A DNA stretch of 64,000 bases, taken from the NCBI RefSeq assembly GCF_000143415.4, contig NW_003314262.1, positions 3,544,405 to 3,608,404 of the forward strand, read 5' to 3'. The position numbers and the translations under genes were made by a program. The notes below the pieces were generated by a model, which saw nothing but the letters and a program-made list of their open reading frames with translations, was not told the origin of the DNA and made no database searches. Positions 22,399-35,400 of the stretch are shown in pieces. The first letter of the stretch is position 1. The number at the start of each line of letters is the position of its first letter. Source of the stretch: Selaginella moellendorffii (taxonomy: Eukaryota; Plantae; Lycopodiophyta).

Positions 22399-24305
22399 TC
22401 ACTCTGCCTCCACAAATACCTGTGTTTTCAATGTGACCGATTAGCTACAAACAGCAAAGCTTCAAAGTTTACCTCGGTTGGAGGCACAAACTCAACTTGT
22501 CTGCCATCTCGTGCGTCCACTAGACAAATCCCCGCTACTCGCTGCACACCTGCGGCAACCGCCACCAAGTTCTGCGAGAGAGTGCCCATTAAATCTTCAT
22601 GAATCCGAGAACTTATGCTCACTTACAACTTCCAGCTCGGTCGATGCGAGAGGGGCCAGTGGAGGAACCATCTGAGATTATATGCTCATTGTAAAAATGC
22701 TAGGAAAAGTAAAACGAAAGGATCTTACCAAGCTCAAGAGTCCGTTCATGAGAACTGTCCTGGGTGTACCATTGTCATCGGTCTCAGACATGACAACTCT
22801 TAGCGGTCCAGTGAATTGTTCTGACCGGTTTGTAACTTCCATCCGAACCTAGGAAAAACGAAAAAAAAACGATCAAATCACATCCCGATATTACTGACTT
22901 ACAAGAAATGGCCGTTCTATTAGAATTCTCTGCGGCAAGTTTGTCATCTTGACGTCCAAAGGCTTTTTCGGCGTTGGCTGGATAATTATAACAATCAGCA
23001 CCATGAAAAAAGTCACGGGCACTTACACTGCCATTGATTTGTTGCGTTTGAAGGCGACCGGTTTCGCCAAGAGTTGTCCTCCACAGTATTTCAAGCTTCC
23101 CAAGGGCATTTGCGCCTTCTAACTTAACGTCTGAGGATTCCAATGGCGGCCTCTTTAGCTGAAAGAGATAGTGGCGAGCACCGCCGTTACCATTGATCAG
23201 TTTCAAGCTCTTGATATAGCCGCTAGGGAAAAAAGAAAAAAAGAGAGCAGAATTACCAAACAAAGTTGCTGATAGTAAAGCTCCATCTTCTTACCTGATG
23301 GGACCGTCTGATTCACTAGCTTCTTCCTCGTTCTCCAAAGTCGTGACACTCCAAGGCGGTGCAGGCTCAAATCTAACTTGGTCCATAAAGAGGTGAGACT
23401 TGGTTTGGTTTTCTATGCACGCCTCGAGAAATGTTGTATCCTGTCGTGTTCAAACGCTAGAAAAGCAAAAGCTTGCAGCATAGGGCCTACCTTGACTGTT
23501 CTAACCTGTAGAGTGCCGATAAAAACATAGCAAAATACATAGAGATCAAATACCTTTGTTCTGACGGAAACAGGATTAGAGGTCGTGAACTTGAAGTATT
23601 GCGGAAGATATTTACGATCACCGTCTGGATCAGTGTACACTGCCATGCAAACAAGCCTAAGATCAATCAAAATGTTAGATATCCATACGAGCTTCTATGA
23701 TGGGAACTTACGTATGTCCTCCAAGTTCTTTGATGTCGTGCTCGATGATAAAATCGAATCGGCCAGTCGCTCTGATGGACTCGATCGGGGACTTGGAGTT
23801 GTCGCTTAGAATAATCCTTTGACGCTCAGTCTGGAGCTCTGCCTAAGAACAAAAGAGCACAAAGTCATACAAGAGAATCAAAACTTGGATAGAACTCACT
23901 TTGATGATCACATCTCTCACATCGTGATTCGTGTGATTCCCGACACTGATGTAGCTACAAAACGTCTCTCCCAGATAGATCGATCTACATTTTCAAGGAG
24001 AAATAAAAAGAAGAAGGAATTGACAAAAAATGCATCGAGAAGTACCCGAAAGTTTGTGGAAGAACAAGCTGCCCGGAGAGCCCCATCGCATCCATGGGCT
24101 CCTGGAGCTCAAATCGCTTCCAGAAGCCCGGATCGTTGCCATTGACAAGCCCCGGCAGCAGCTCCTTGAAATTCACCGAGTCCTCACCATTGCACACGTC
24201 GCTGGGATCGACGAGGAGGGGGTGATCTACCTGGCAGCTGGGGCGGCACAGCCGCATCACCCGGAATGCGAGCGAGTGGCCCGCTGCTCCAGCCCCGGAC
24301 GTCAT
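22399..24305 (-). CDS. TRAPPC13: Trafficking protein particle complex subunit 13, intact copy, multi-exon
   Basis: 'HSLAFRVMRLCRP', 'LVLPQTFGSIYLGETFCSYIS', 'DGDRKYLPQYFKFTTSNPVSVRTK', 'LGKLEILWRTTLGETGRLQTQQI', last exon VFVEAE-stop. Confidence 0.93.
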
Positions 24306-24374
24306 CGCACCCGCCCTAAAATTAAATGGTCAACGGAATAATTTGGTTTATAAAAGATTTTTACATAAAATATT

Positions 24375-24911
24375 ATGGCAATTATAATAGTTATAGTATT
24401 ATCTATATTAAATCAAGTGAACTTAGTTTATAATAAAAAAGTTAGATATTAAATTATGTAATATTTTTATTCACATCATAATTATATTAAATACAATGTA
24501 ATAAATTTTTTAGATTTAATGTAAAAGGCTTCATTTAATATCACACTTGTTTAATGTAGTTTTAATGTGGTATATTTAATTTTTAATTGTAAGCATTAAT
24601 AATTAAAATAGTAAATATTTAAATAAGTTAAAAGGCATTAGTAAGGATGTTATTGCTTAGAATAAATTATTCAAAGTGTAAATTTGACAAATGTATTATG
24701 AGGTAATGGTAGTACACATGCTTTTTACTAACATTCATGAGTTCACCTGCATCTTTTAAAATAGATGTGTATATTCTTGGGTTGTCACCTTTTATTGATT
24801 CAATTTATATTCCTGAATCACAGAATTTTAAAGATTTTTTAAATTAAAAATAGCAAAAAAACAATAAAATTTTTTTCACATAGTTTTAATTTGACAACCT
24901 TTAATGGCCTG

Positions 24912-24967
<56 letters not shown>

Positions 24968-24970
24968 CAC
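24375..24970. repeat. AT-rich spacer present three times (about 14026-14640, 24375-24970, 37270-37885), each ending in a TA-rich microsatellite
   Basis: Shared ATGGCAATTATAATAGTTA...GGCATTAGTAAGGATGTTATTGCT...TTCTTGGGTT(G/A)TCACCTT sequence. Confidence 0.85.
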
Positions 24971-24984
24971 AAATATATATTAAA

Positions 24985-27900
24985 CAGATGAGATTTACGT
25001 CGGTAAGTCTTTTGGGTTTGTCACCAGTGGTGATCCGACTGAGATAGTCTGCTTGCTCGTGATTTTTGCTGGGTTTGTGGACGATCTCAAAGTTGTATTC
25101 TTGTAGTAAAAGGAACCATCTTGATATTCAACCAGATAATATTGGCTTGTTGATGAGGTAAAGGAGTGCCTTCTGGTCGACGAAAAGGATGACTTTGGTT
25201 GACAGTATGTAGTGTCGAAACTTTTGAAGTGAGCAGATCATACCAAGAGCTTCTTTCTTGGTAGTGGTGTAATTTCGTTCAGCTGGGTTGAGTAGTCGGC
25301 TAGTGTAGTAGATCGGTTGATCTCAGTTGTCGTGTTGAGTTTGGCTGAGAATTGCACCAGTGGCGACGTCGGAAGTGTTAACATGAATGTGGAACTCTTG
25401 TGTCCAGTCGGGCTTGGCAAGGATCGGTGCTGTTGTTAGTTTGAGTCGGAGATTGTCAAATGCTTGTTGCTGTTCGGACGTCCATGTCCATTGGGCATCT
25501 TGTTTCAGTCCATCGGTGAGTGGTTTGGCAATGTGAGTGTACTTGTGGATGAATCGTCGGTGATATCTGACTTTGCCGAGGAAGCGCCAAAGTTCTTTCT
25601 GATTCTTCGGCGGTTTGAGTTTGGAGATGACGTCGACTTTGTCCTTGTCAATGAGAATGCTGTCTTTGCAGACAACGTGGCCAAGAAGTACTCTAGATTT
25701 GACGAAAAAAGCACATTTGTCAAGGTTGAGTGCTATATTATTCTCCTCGCACTTGTTAAGGCATTTCTCCAAGCATTCAAGATGTCGATCTTCCGAGCTG
25801 AAAACACTGAAGTCATCCATGAAGACTCTCATGAAGTCAGTGAGGTAGTCTCCGAAAGTGTTGGTGACGAGCCTTTGGAAGGTGAATGGGGCGTTGCAGA
25901 GTCCAAAAGGCATTCATTGGTAAGCATAGGCTCCCCATGGACTGATGAATGCTGTCTTATGCTGATCTTCTTCGGCAATGTGAATTTGGTTGTAGCCAGA
26001 GAAACCATCGAGGAAGGAGTACATCTCATGTCCGGCAACTATGTCAAGAACTTCATCGGTAAATGGTATCAGGAAGACATCTTTTTCGGTGGCGTCATTG
26101 AGCTGTTTATAGTTGACACAGATTCAAAGTTTGCCATTTTTCTTCGGCACAACCACCAGTGGTGAAAGCCATATCAGATTCTGAATTGGGTAGATGTACT
26201 CAACTTGGAGAAGCTTGTCAAGTTCTTTCTTTAATTGTTCCATCAGATTTGGATTCATCCGGTAGGCTGCTTGTCTTCTTGGTTTTGAGTCTGGAAGAAG
26301 GGTGATGGTGTGAAGGCTGAGTTTTGGTGAAACTCCCTTAAGGTCTCAATAACTCCAAGCGAACAAGTGTTTCTTCTTTCGGAGAAGATTGATGCCTTTG
26401 TCTCGAAAACTTGCCGAGATGTCAGTGGCGAGTACAATGTAGTGTTCGTTGCCGTCGTCGGCAAGGCTGACTTTTTCGANNNNNNNNNNNNNNNNNNNNN
26501 NNNNNNNNNNNNNNNNNNNNNNNNNNNNNNNNNNNNNNNNNNNNNNNNNNNNNNNNNNNNNNNNNNNNNNNNNNNNNNNNNNNNNNNNNNNNNNNNNNNN
26601 NNNNNNNNNNNNNNNNNNNNNNNNNNNNNNNNNNNNNNNNNNNNNNNNNNNNNNNNNNNNNNNNNNNNNNNNNNNNNNNNNNNNNNNNNNNNNNNNNNNN
26701 NNNNNNNNNNNNNNNNNNNNNNNNNNNNNNNNNNNNNNNNNNNNNNNNNNNNNNNNNNNNNNNNNNNNNNNNNNNNNNNNNNNNNNNNNNNNNNNNNNNN
26801 NNNNNNNNNNNNNNNNNNNNNNNNNNNNNNNNNNNNNNNNNNNNTAAACTTGGGCAGTTCGGAGCCAAGGTCGACCGAGGAGAATCGAGTATTCGTCGGT
26901 CTGCTCCGGTAGTTTGAGGACAACATAGTTGACTGGTATTTTGACGCCTTGAATGGTGGTGTTGACTTTTTGGATGATGCCTTTGGGTCGGTGGTCGGCC
27001 ATTCAAACATTGAAAGGTGCTGGGTGGATTGGGCCGATGTTGAGTTGTTGAACAAGACTTTCTTCAATAATATTAACATTGGAGCCACCGTCAATTATGG
27101 CTCCTCGAACAAGGTGTTTGTCTAGTCGTAGGTCAATTGTCAAAACATTATTGTCACAATCACCTGGTTGAATCTCAGTTCAAAATGTGTCAACAGCTGT
27201 CTGTGTCAAGTTGAGTGTGGACGAGTCTGTCAAAGTGTTGGTCGGTGCAAATGTCAGATTGGTGAGCTGTTTGGTGAGGTAGGGTGCAATCTTCAGCAGT
27301 TGGCCGACAGTGATCTGAATATTTTGGTTGAGGATAGTCTCTACTACTTCTTGGATTTCGTCGAAGTTTGCTGAATTGTGTTCTGGTATCAGTGTCGATG
27401 TTGGACGATTTGTTTGTCAGTTTTTTGGTATTGAGTCTTGGCATTATTGTCGAGCTGGTAATGGTTGAGCTTCATTGTCGGAGTCTAAAATCACTAATTC
27501 GGGTGGTTGTAGAGTGAGTTGCCATTGTATCTTGGGGGCTAACTTCTGCTTCTTTTTCCATTCCCGGAGTTTTGTCAGGCTCTCAGGGCCTTTCTCTTCA
27601 CTATCTCTGGAATCTCTATCCGGTTGTTGTTGTTTTTCTACTCGAATTTGTGCTCGAGTTTGTACTGCCATGACTTGAGGATTTGAGTCGTCATTGTCGG
27701 CATAAGGTAGTTCGTTGGTGTCGACCATCCTTGTTGTTGGTGGTTGCTGCTGGTTCTGATCTTGTTGTCGAGGAGGCAGCGGACCAAGTCTTGGTGGACC
27801 ACCTTGGTTTTGAAGTTGAGGTTGCCATGGTCGATTGTTGTAGTTGCCTTGGTAGCCCTGGTCTTGATAACCTTGGCCTTGGTATCTTTGATTCTGGTAT

Positions 27901-30545
27901 CTTGGGTATTGTTGGTATCCTTGGTTGTAGTTGTCGTGGTTTGCTGGGTAGTTCCAATTCGGTAGGTATTGTCGATCGTTGTAGTTGTTGTAGCGAGGTT
28001 CATCATTCCATTGTCGACTCTGGTGTTGGAAGTTGTTTCTCGGCGGTCTCCAGTTTGTCGGAGGTGGTGCCTGGTAATTGTCGAAGTATTGATTTGGATA
28101 TGGTTGTCAAAACTGTTGTCGGGGATAATTCGAGACTTGTCGAATTTCTGGAGAATTTCGAAATCTGCAAGTCTTGGCATCATGACCTTCTTTGGCACAG
28201 TTGGAGATTTGGAGTTTGCAGTCACTTGCCGGATGTCCTTCGTTCTTGCACTTAGTACACAAAATTCCAGATCGAAATTCTTTGATGTCGGCCTTGGCTT
28301 TTCCCTTGAGCTTGTCGATTGTTTTCCTGAGTTTCCATCTAAATGCAATCGGTTGTGTCATAAATTGATCGATATAGCTGTTCGCTGGTAATATTGGATA
28401 CTGCTCGCCAACTTTGGGATCGAGCAGGTATGCAAACGATTGCAACTCTCTTTAGTAGTTCAATCTTGAACAATTATTTTGATCTCTTACAATGTGTTGG
28501 TCGTATTGGAATGCAAGCTCTCACTATGAGCTTTTGTGTTTCCCAATCAATGGTAATATTTGAAAATGCTGAATACAATAGTGGTTGTATTTTTAATGTC
28601 CTAATTCTTGTATGTTTCTTGTCTCAAATGACGTCCACATGTCAAAGTATAGTTTCCAACAGATTCTTGTTGCTTTAAGCCTATGTGTGTGCGGATCTAT
28701 CAAGCACGTTTTTCTCTATAGTCGATTTCGTGGTGGTGCATTTCCCTGATGTTGTTCTTGCTGGTGTTGTTCTACTTCCTTCTGTCATATAGCGCGTTCT
28801 CTTTCATGATCAGAGTCAATCGCTTCACGAACTTCCCAAGGGATAGTCTCAATTAATACTCTTGGATTATAAGTTTGAAATCTTGATGCAGGATCTCCTA
28901 AAATACTCCTTAAAATGTTGAGACTACTTGGATGCACTCTTCCTTGTTGGTTGCGAGTGATATGTAGCTCTAGGCTGGGGTTTTGACATTGGACCTCAGT
29001 GTCAAAGTTGAAGTTTGTTACTGTATTTAATCTTGGTCCATTGTGATTCTGTCTTAAATTTCTCCTCCTTCGACTTGTTATCCTTGAGTTTTCAAGTCGT
29101 TCTCTTAAACTTGACTCAAGTTCAGGTTCCCGTCAGTTTCTTGAACTTGAATTCTGAATTTGAATTTGTTGATGGCCTTGTTCTTGATTTCTTAATTCTC
29201 CAACTATTCTTGTCCGTCCTAAATGGTGCCAATATGCTATAGTATATAGTTCGATAAGAGTGCTTATTAATAGCGTTACATGAAGAGGACTTTGAAGAAG
29301 TCGGTAAAGTAATTTTGCATTCTTTTCAAAATTTCTAAATTTAAGAGTGTCCACAAACTAACTAACTTGTGGTTCAAAGGTTCCACACTCTGTTTCTGCT
29401 ATGACTTTAGTCAAATTAGTGTTGAAAGCAAGTGTTAATGGTTGAAAAGTTTCATGTTTGTGTATGCCTAGGAATTTGACAATTGTTTTTTGAAAGAGGT
29501 GTTTGCAATACACCTAAATCAGGGTTCTTTGAGTTGTAAAGAAATCAAAATAAACATATTTTTCTTTCAACATTTCCTCATTTTTGCATTCTTCCTATTT
29601 GCTAAACAATTTGTAGAAGAGTCACAAAATTGTTTCTTGAAGTTTTTGTAAGCAACTAAAGCTTTGTTTCTCTGCTTGTTCTAAACTATCATCACTCTTT
29701 TTGGTGTCGTTTTCTTGGGCTATTTCTTCTCATTTCCTTCTTTCCTCCACTATGGCATTTTCATCCTTGATTTAGAGTCTTACTTTTGCTTGCTTGCAAG
29801 TGTCGCATCGCCATTTTGGATAGCATTTCTTGTATGGTTTTGTACAATTTTTAAAATCACACAAAAGGTAATTTTCATATCTTGTATAGCTTTTGTCTCC
29901 AAATGGGCAGTTGTGCTTTTTCATTCTTCCTCCATCTCCAGCTGCTAGAATTTTTCCTTGGTCATTTCTTTATCATAGATTCTTAGAATATTCACTTTCT
30001 TCAACCTCTCGCCAAAAATAGTTACGCATACGCTCCAAGTTTTCCATAACTTGGGTGGCTTCAATCTTCAAGTGTTCTTCATATATTGGTTTTACGCTCC
30101 ATTTTTTTTCTTCATTTCTTCATGCTCTTCTACCGTTTTTGTTTTACAGTCTTGTTTTTCTTGATTTTTGGGTCTTTTTCTTCCTATGCCATTTTCTTGT
30201 GTGTCTTTAGTTCGTTTTTCTTGAAGTTTTGGGGGAAATGATTGTCTTGGTCTGCTCTATCCCATGAGCTCTTCACGACACCTTATCCCACCGTGATCAC
30301 TAGTGAAAACTCCTAGAATCTCTTAATTGCTTGTGCCAAACTAGGTAGAGATTGTATATACGTGCTTGAAGGTGCTAGTCCTACGCCTTTGATCCCTTGA
30401 AGGCAGTGGGTAAGTAAGACATTGCCATTGCTATGAAGAGCCAAAGAGATAGGCAGAATGACAATATATTGCAATGTATTTTGTATTAGGGATAAGTCTA
30501 AAAACATTCTAAGTCCTACTTTTATAGTCACTACTGCTCACATCA
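24985..30545 (-). mobile_element. Decayed non-chromovirus Ty3/gypsy element (Athila/Selgy-like gag-pol), truncated within RNase H at a microsatellite; putative LTR/leader about 29236-30545
   Basis: Gag zinc knuckle CTKCKNEGHPASDC; protease AIIDGGSNVNII; RT 'YSFLDGFSGYNQI...MPFGLCNAP...VFMDDFSVFS'; RNase H 'PDWTQEFHIHVNTSDVATGAILSQ'; internal stops and frameshifts; N gap. LTR boundaries tentative. Confidence 0.85.
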
Positions 30546-30599
30546 AGGTTAGGAATATAGTCCTAACCTTAAACCTCTCAAGTTTGTGTTCATAAGCTT

Positions 30600-32411
30600 G
30601 AACTTCCAAGCTTAATTTTTCCTTTTTCTCCACTCTCCCACGACTGTCTTGTGCTGCGTCCTGCAGTCATTGCTCCATTGCTGCATCTTGGGTAGTCGTT
30701 CCCTCATGTGGTTCCTCCTCCTCTTCTTCCTCCTCGTAAGTCTGGGCTGCTTCTTCGAGCATGCGGATTCTTTCTTTTGCCACAAGCAGCTCTTTGTTGA
30801 GCCTTGCATTTTCTTGTTGAAACTACTGCGCAAGGTCAAAGGATTCCTTACAGGATTTCGGAGTCGGAATTCCATGGCTGTGAATGCTCTTGATCGCGGT
30901 GTTCAGCTGCTTGAAACCATCCTTGAGTTTGGAAAAGCGTTGCTCTGTCAACTTGATGAACGTCTTCTCGTAGAAGCTCTCGATGCCTTCACAAGTGTAC
31001 ACTGCTAGCTTGGAATCATGCTACTACTGCAGGAAGTTGTGCGGGAGCTTCTGGTTGCTGTAGTTGCTGTGCTCAAGCTCCTCCCGTCCTCGTTTCTCTG
31101 GAGTGTAGCGGTGTGGAGGACGATTGTGGAGGTGTCACTCTACTCCATCCTGGATTCCATGGTTCTCCATCTCTTTAGCTTCTGTGATTGGTGGGAGCTC
31201 CTAACTTGCCTTGTCCAAACCCTTTTCATTGTCTTTGGCCATTGCAGTTATCACAACTGTTTTGGGCTCAAGGTTACAATCCTGTGTTGCAGTCTCAAGA
31301 CTGCAACCTTAAGTCTCCAGAAGCTTATCTTCAGTAATCTCTTCTTCTTGATTTTTCTCTAGCGCTGGGATCTTCTGTGTGTTCTCACGATCTTCAACCT
31401 CCTGTGCCTCTAGAGTTTCCTTCTTGCCTTCATCTTGTTCATCCTCAACTTCCACATGCTTTTGCTTTGCTTCCTCGTAATTGTCTTGGTCCTCTTCCTT
31501 TGTTTCCTATGCCTCACTTCCTTCGCCAAGGTCAACCTTCTCCTTCATTGTTTTCACTTGGGCTTGAGAGACAAGCACCAATGCCCTTTCATTGTTCACT
31601 GATAAAGCCTCAATGTATGGAAAAAGTGTTGTTATAATTTTCTTCTTTCTCTCCAGTGCATTGAAAACTTGTGAGAGTTCCCTATGGAACTTGATGTAAA
31701 CGTACGCTCCCAAGTTGACCTGGACTCCATTGTTCAAATCCTCATAGATGAAGGTGATGTTCTTGCTCACTAATATTGCCGTTTGTCAAAACTCCAATGT
31801 TGCAAGAAGGAATTTGAAAATCCTTTGCAAATTTTCTTTCACATTCGAGAATTGCAGAGATGCTGCTGTGTTGTAGTTTGCTGCACACTTCATGATATTT
31901 GGGTTGATGGCTCGATCTCGTGGAGCCGTCACTCACTTTCCTTTATTTAGTAGTTGAAGAGCTTTGGCGAAATCTTCCTCTTCAATCGTGAGTTTCCCGC
32001 ATGCAAAACCGATAATTTTCCTCTCAATACCCTGTGGATCGGAGCTTGCCGTAGCTGTCATGAGAATAGAGAATGCATAGAGCTGATGCTTCCGCAGCCA
32101 TGTGTCAAGAGTCTCGTCTCGAGACCATTTTGGGTTTCCCACTTGGAAAATCGAGCATACCTTGTTCTCATAGTCCGAGAGGTCAATCGCTTCCTCCTCT
32201 TCCCATGGACAGCCCTTGACCCAACTCTACTCCTCATTGAAGCTGTGCTTTCACCAGACCAAGAATCGCTATAGCCTTGATCACTATTTGCCTCTAGTGG
32301 GCTCCCTTTTTCCTCATGCACTGTCGCCCGGAACTTTTTTCTTCTCTCAGCCGCCAAGATTAGGGTTAGATCCCATTCTTGTTGAGGCAAATTTTCTCTG
32401 AGTGTTTGCAT
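30600..32411 (-). mobile_element. Decayed coiled-coil/charged ORF, probably an accessory (extra) ORF of a gypsy element
   Basis: Broken minus-strand ORFs (32142-31933, 31770-31507, 30875-30612) lying between two retroelements; no introns evident and no recognisable host domain. Confidence 0.45.
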
Positions 32412-35400
32412 GCATTCGACGCCAACTTGGTAGTGTAATCATGCAAACCGAGTAGAAACGACTACAGGTTTAGAAGTAACTGTGGTGTGCCAAGTAATGT
32501 TGATGTGTGTTGCTGTTTCTCGGAGGGATTGTCGGAGGCCTTGCATTTACCATTGGTAAAGTAATGTTTCGGTGGCACTATTGCCGCATTTGCTGGCATG
32601 TCGAGTGAAGGTTTGAGTGTAGTCGTCGATGGATTGACTAGACTGTAAGCAACCAAAAGGGAACGACTCGATAGACGATCCATAGGGGTTCAAATATAGA
32701 AGGAAAGGGCCCATGAATAAGAGTGCACCCCCTTTTCCAATCGGTTAAGGGTCTTGGGATATTTGGAGTTAAGCGTCCTTGGGTTTGAATAGTACTGGGT
32801 TGGGTGACCTCCCGGGAAGTCTAAATTCAGGAGCTTACATTTGGTATCAGAGCGGTCTCAGGTCCGACTCTGTTGGTTGGCTAGGGGAATCACACCACAT
32901 GTTGATTGACATCTGGCTGTGGTGGATTGTAAGCAACCAAAAGGGAACGACTCGAGAGACGATCCATAGGGGTTCAAATATAGAGGGAAAGGGCCCATGA
33001 ATAAGAGTGCACCTCCTTTTCTAATTGGTTAAGGGTCTTGGGATATTTGGAGTTAAGCGTCCTTGGGTTTGAATAATACCGGGAAGTCTAAATTTGGGTT
33101 TGAATAATACTGGGCTGGGTGACCTCCCGGGAAGTCTAAATTCAGGAGCTTACACAGACTTCTGCTTGAGTTTTTGGATCTTGTGAAGTCATTAGCTTTG
33201 AGTGAGGGAAGACTTGAATCGGTACATCGGAAGTAGTATAGAAGTTTAGTCGTCTGGCCGTTGATTGCAGTCTATATAGTCGATACAATCCTTTCCACTG
33301 AGCAAGGAGCCCCTTAGATAAACCATGTACCATAAAATGGGGAAAATAAATTAACACCAAATCATCCACTTTATACTTCACATGTGGATGATGATGGGAG
33401 TTGTAGCACCGTTCTTGTCCCACTTGTATGTAGCCTAACTATTCGGCAGATTAGGCTTAGACAAGTGGAACAATGCTCATCAACTTGTATGTAGCCTAAC
33501 TATTCGGCAGATTAGGCTTAGACAAGTGGAACAATGCTCATCAAATACTGATCTTATGACCTAGCATCGGCAACTCATGGCAATTGCGAAGGTAAACCCA
33601 GCTTCGTTGGTAATATTGAATCATGACCATAAAGAAGTTTATATGGTGAAGCACCAATAGAACTCTGCACCCTATGATATATGCATGCTGAAAAGATGGC
33701 AAATAACTATATCCCAATCCGAATGCTAAAAGTTTAGTACTTCATGATCATTTTTTTGAATGTCCGAACGAGCCATTCCACCAAATCGTCTGATTGTGGA
33801 TGATAGGCACTTGTGAAAGTGTGGCATATCCCCAACCAAGATGTCAAAATATGAAATGCCTCAGCCATAAATGCATGACCATTATTCGAAAGAATCCACT
33901 TTGAACAAGAATGCTAGAACACCACTCAATTGAGGAGGAAGTATCTAACAGTAGTTACAAAGGCACTAGCAAAAGAGTGGAGAAGGAAGAGGAGCTCAAA
34001 AAAGGGTATTAGCATCAGTTATAAAACTCTCTAGGCAATGAACAACATCAAAATTATATATCTGAAGCTTCAAAGCCCACCAAGTAGTACGACTAACCAA
34101 GTTTGTTTGAATAATGAAGTAACAGCAGCATGATCACCTTCAAGTAACGTCCGAGAACCATGTAGATATGCATAAAGTTTCTCGAAACCCCAGACTATTG
34201 CTAAACACTCCTTCTTTATCATGGAGTAGTTCACCACCGCTAGTTATAATGTACGGCTTATATATGCAATGGGATAGTGCTGACCAAACACACTCGAGCT
34301 CTCTTGCATCAACACACCTCCAAGACTAATATTAAAAGCATCCACGCGTAAAATAAAAAGGTCGAGTGTAGTTAGGATATATCAAAACTAGAGGAGTCGT
34401 CAATAGCACTTTGAGGTCCACGAACGCCCACTCACAATCCGGAGACCAAATGAAAGATGACATTAATAACTTCAGCAACGCTCACAACGGTGTAGTGCAA
34501 TCAGAAAGATGATCCACAAGATGGTCGAGATACTGCACCTTGCCCAAGAAGCACTACACATCATTCACACACTTCAGAGTAGGGAACTTTAGAACAGCCA
34601 CAAGTTTGTCAGGATCAACTTGCAAACCCTCACGAGAAATACGGTACACAAGATAAATTGTGTCCTTGGACCCAAACACGCACTTCGACTGCTTTAACTT
34701 TAAACCAACATCCCATAGCCGATCCAACACTTTACAAATATCATGAACGTGCTCCTCCCACGTCCCCTTCAAGTGGATCAAGACATCATTAATAAAGTCA
34801 ACAGTCACCTCTGGCATATCGCAAAGAACTTCGTCCATCATCTGCTGAAAAGTTGCTGAAGCGATATTCAAACTAAACGGTATTACCAAGAACTCGTACA
34901 AACCAAATGGTGTATGAAAATTAGTATTAGGAATATCTTCTTCGGCCATTAGTATTTGCTAGTATCTAGAAACAAAATCTAACTTGGTGAACCAACGACT
35001 TCACCCTAGATGATCTAAGATATCAGTAGTGTGAGGAAGAGGGTACACATCCAAAATTGTCACTTCATTTAATGGACGATAGTTGATGCAAAAACAAATA
35101 CTCTCATTAAGCTTTGTCACAAGATAAAGTTCACATGCCCAAAGACTCCGTGACTTTTGAATAACACCCTTTTTCAACATCTCTTTGACGTTTGCACGTA
35201 AAATCTTGATATCTTTGGGTGACTAATGACAAACAGGAACCTTGATTGCACGAGCATCCCCAATTGGAATTGGATGACATATAGCAATCCTGGCCTCAGA
35301 TGATAGGTCAAATTCAAAAAGATCAAAATACTCCTTCATGAACCAGTCAACTGTTACAACATAAAGATTGTCGGAGGGATCAGAAAAAGGAAAAACAAAA

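Noticed and set aside
26255-27094. Long ORFs spanning N runs (also 12921-13118 and 14064-14375)
   Set aside because: Artefacts of translating through assembly gaps.
32767-32821. 5S rRNA gene
   Set aside because: Only the internal promoter portion is present, embedded in both LTRs of a TRIM; the 5' half and terminator of a real 5S gene are missing.
33422-33543. Direct repeats suggestive of a CRISPR-like or regulatory array
   Set aside because: A simple two-copy 61-bp tandem duplication with no spacer, inside a decayed integrase; eukaryotic context.
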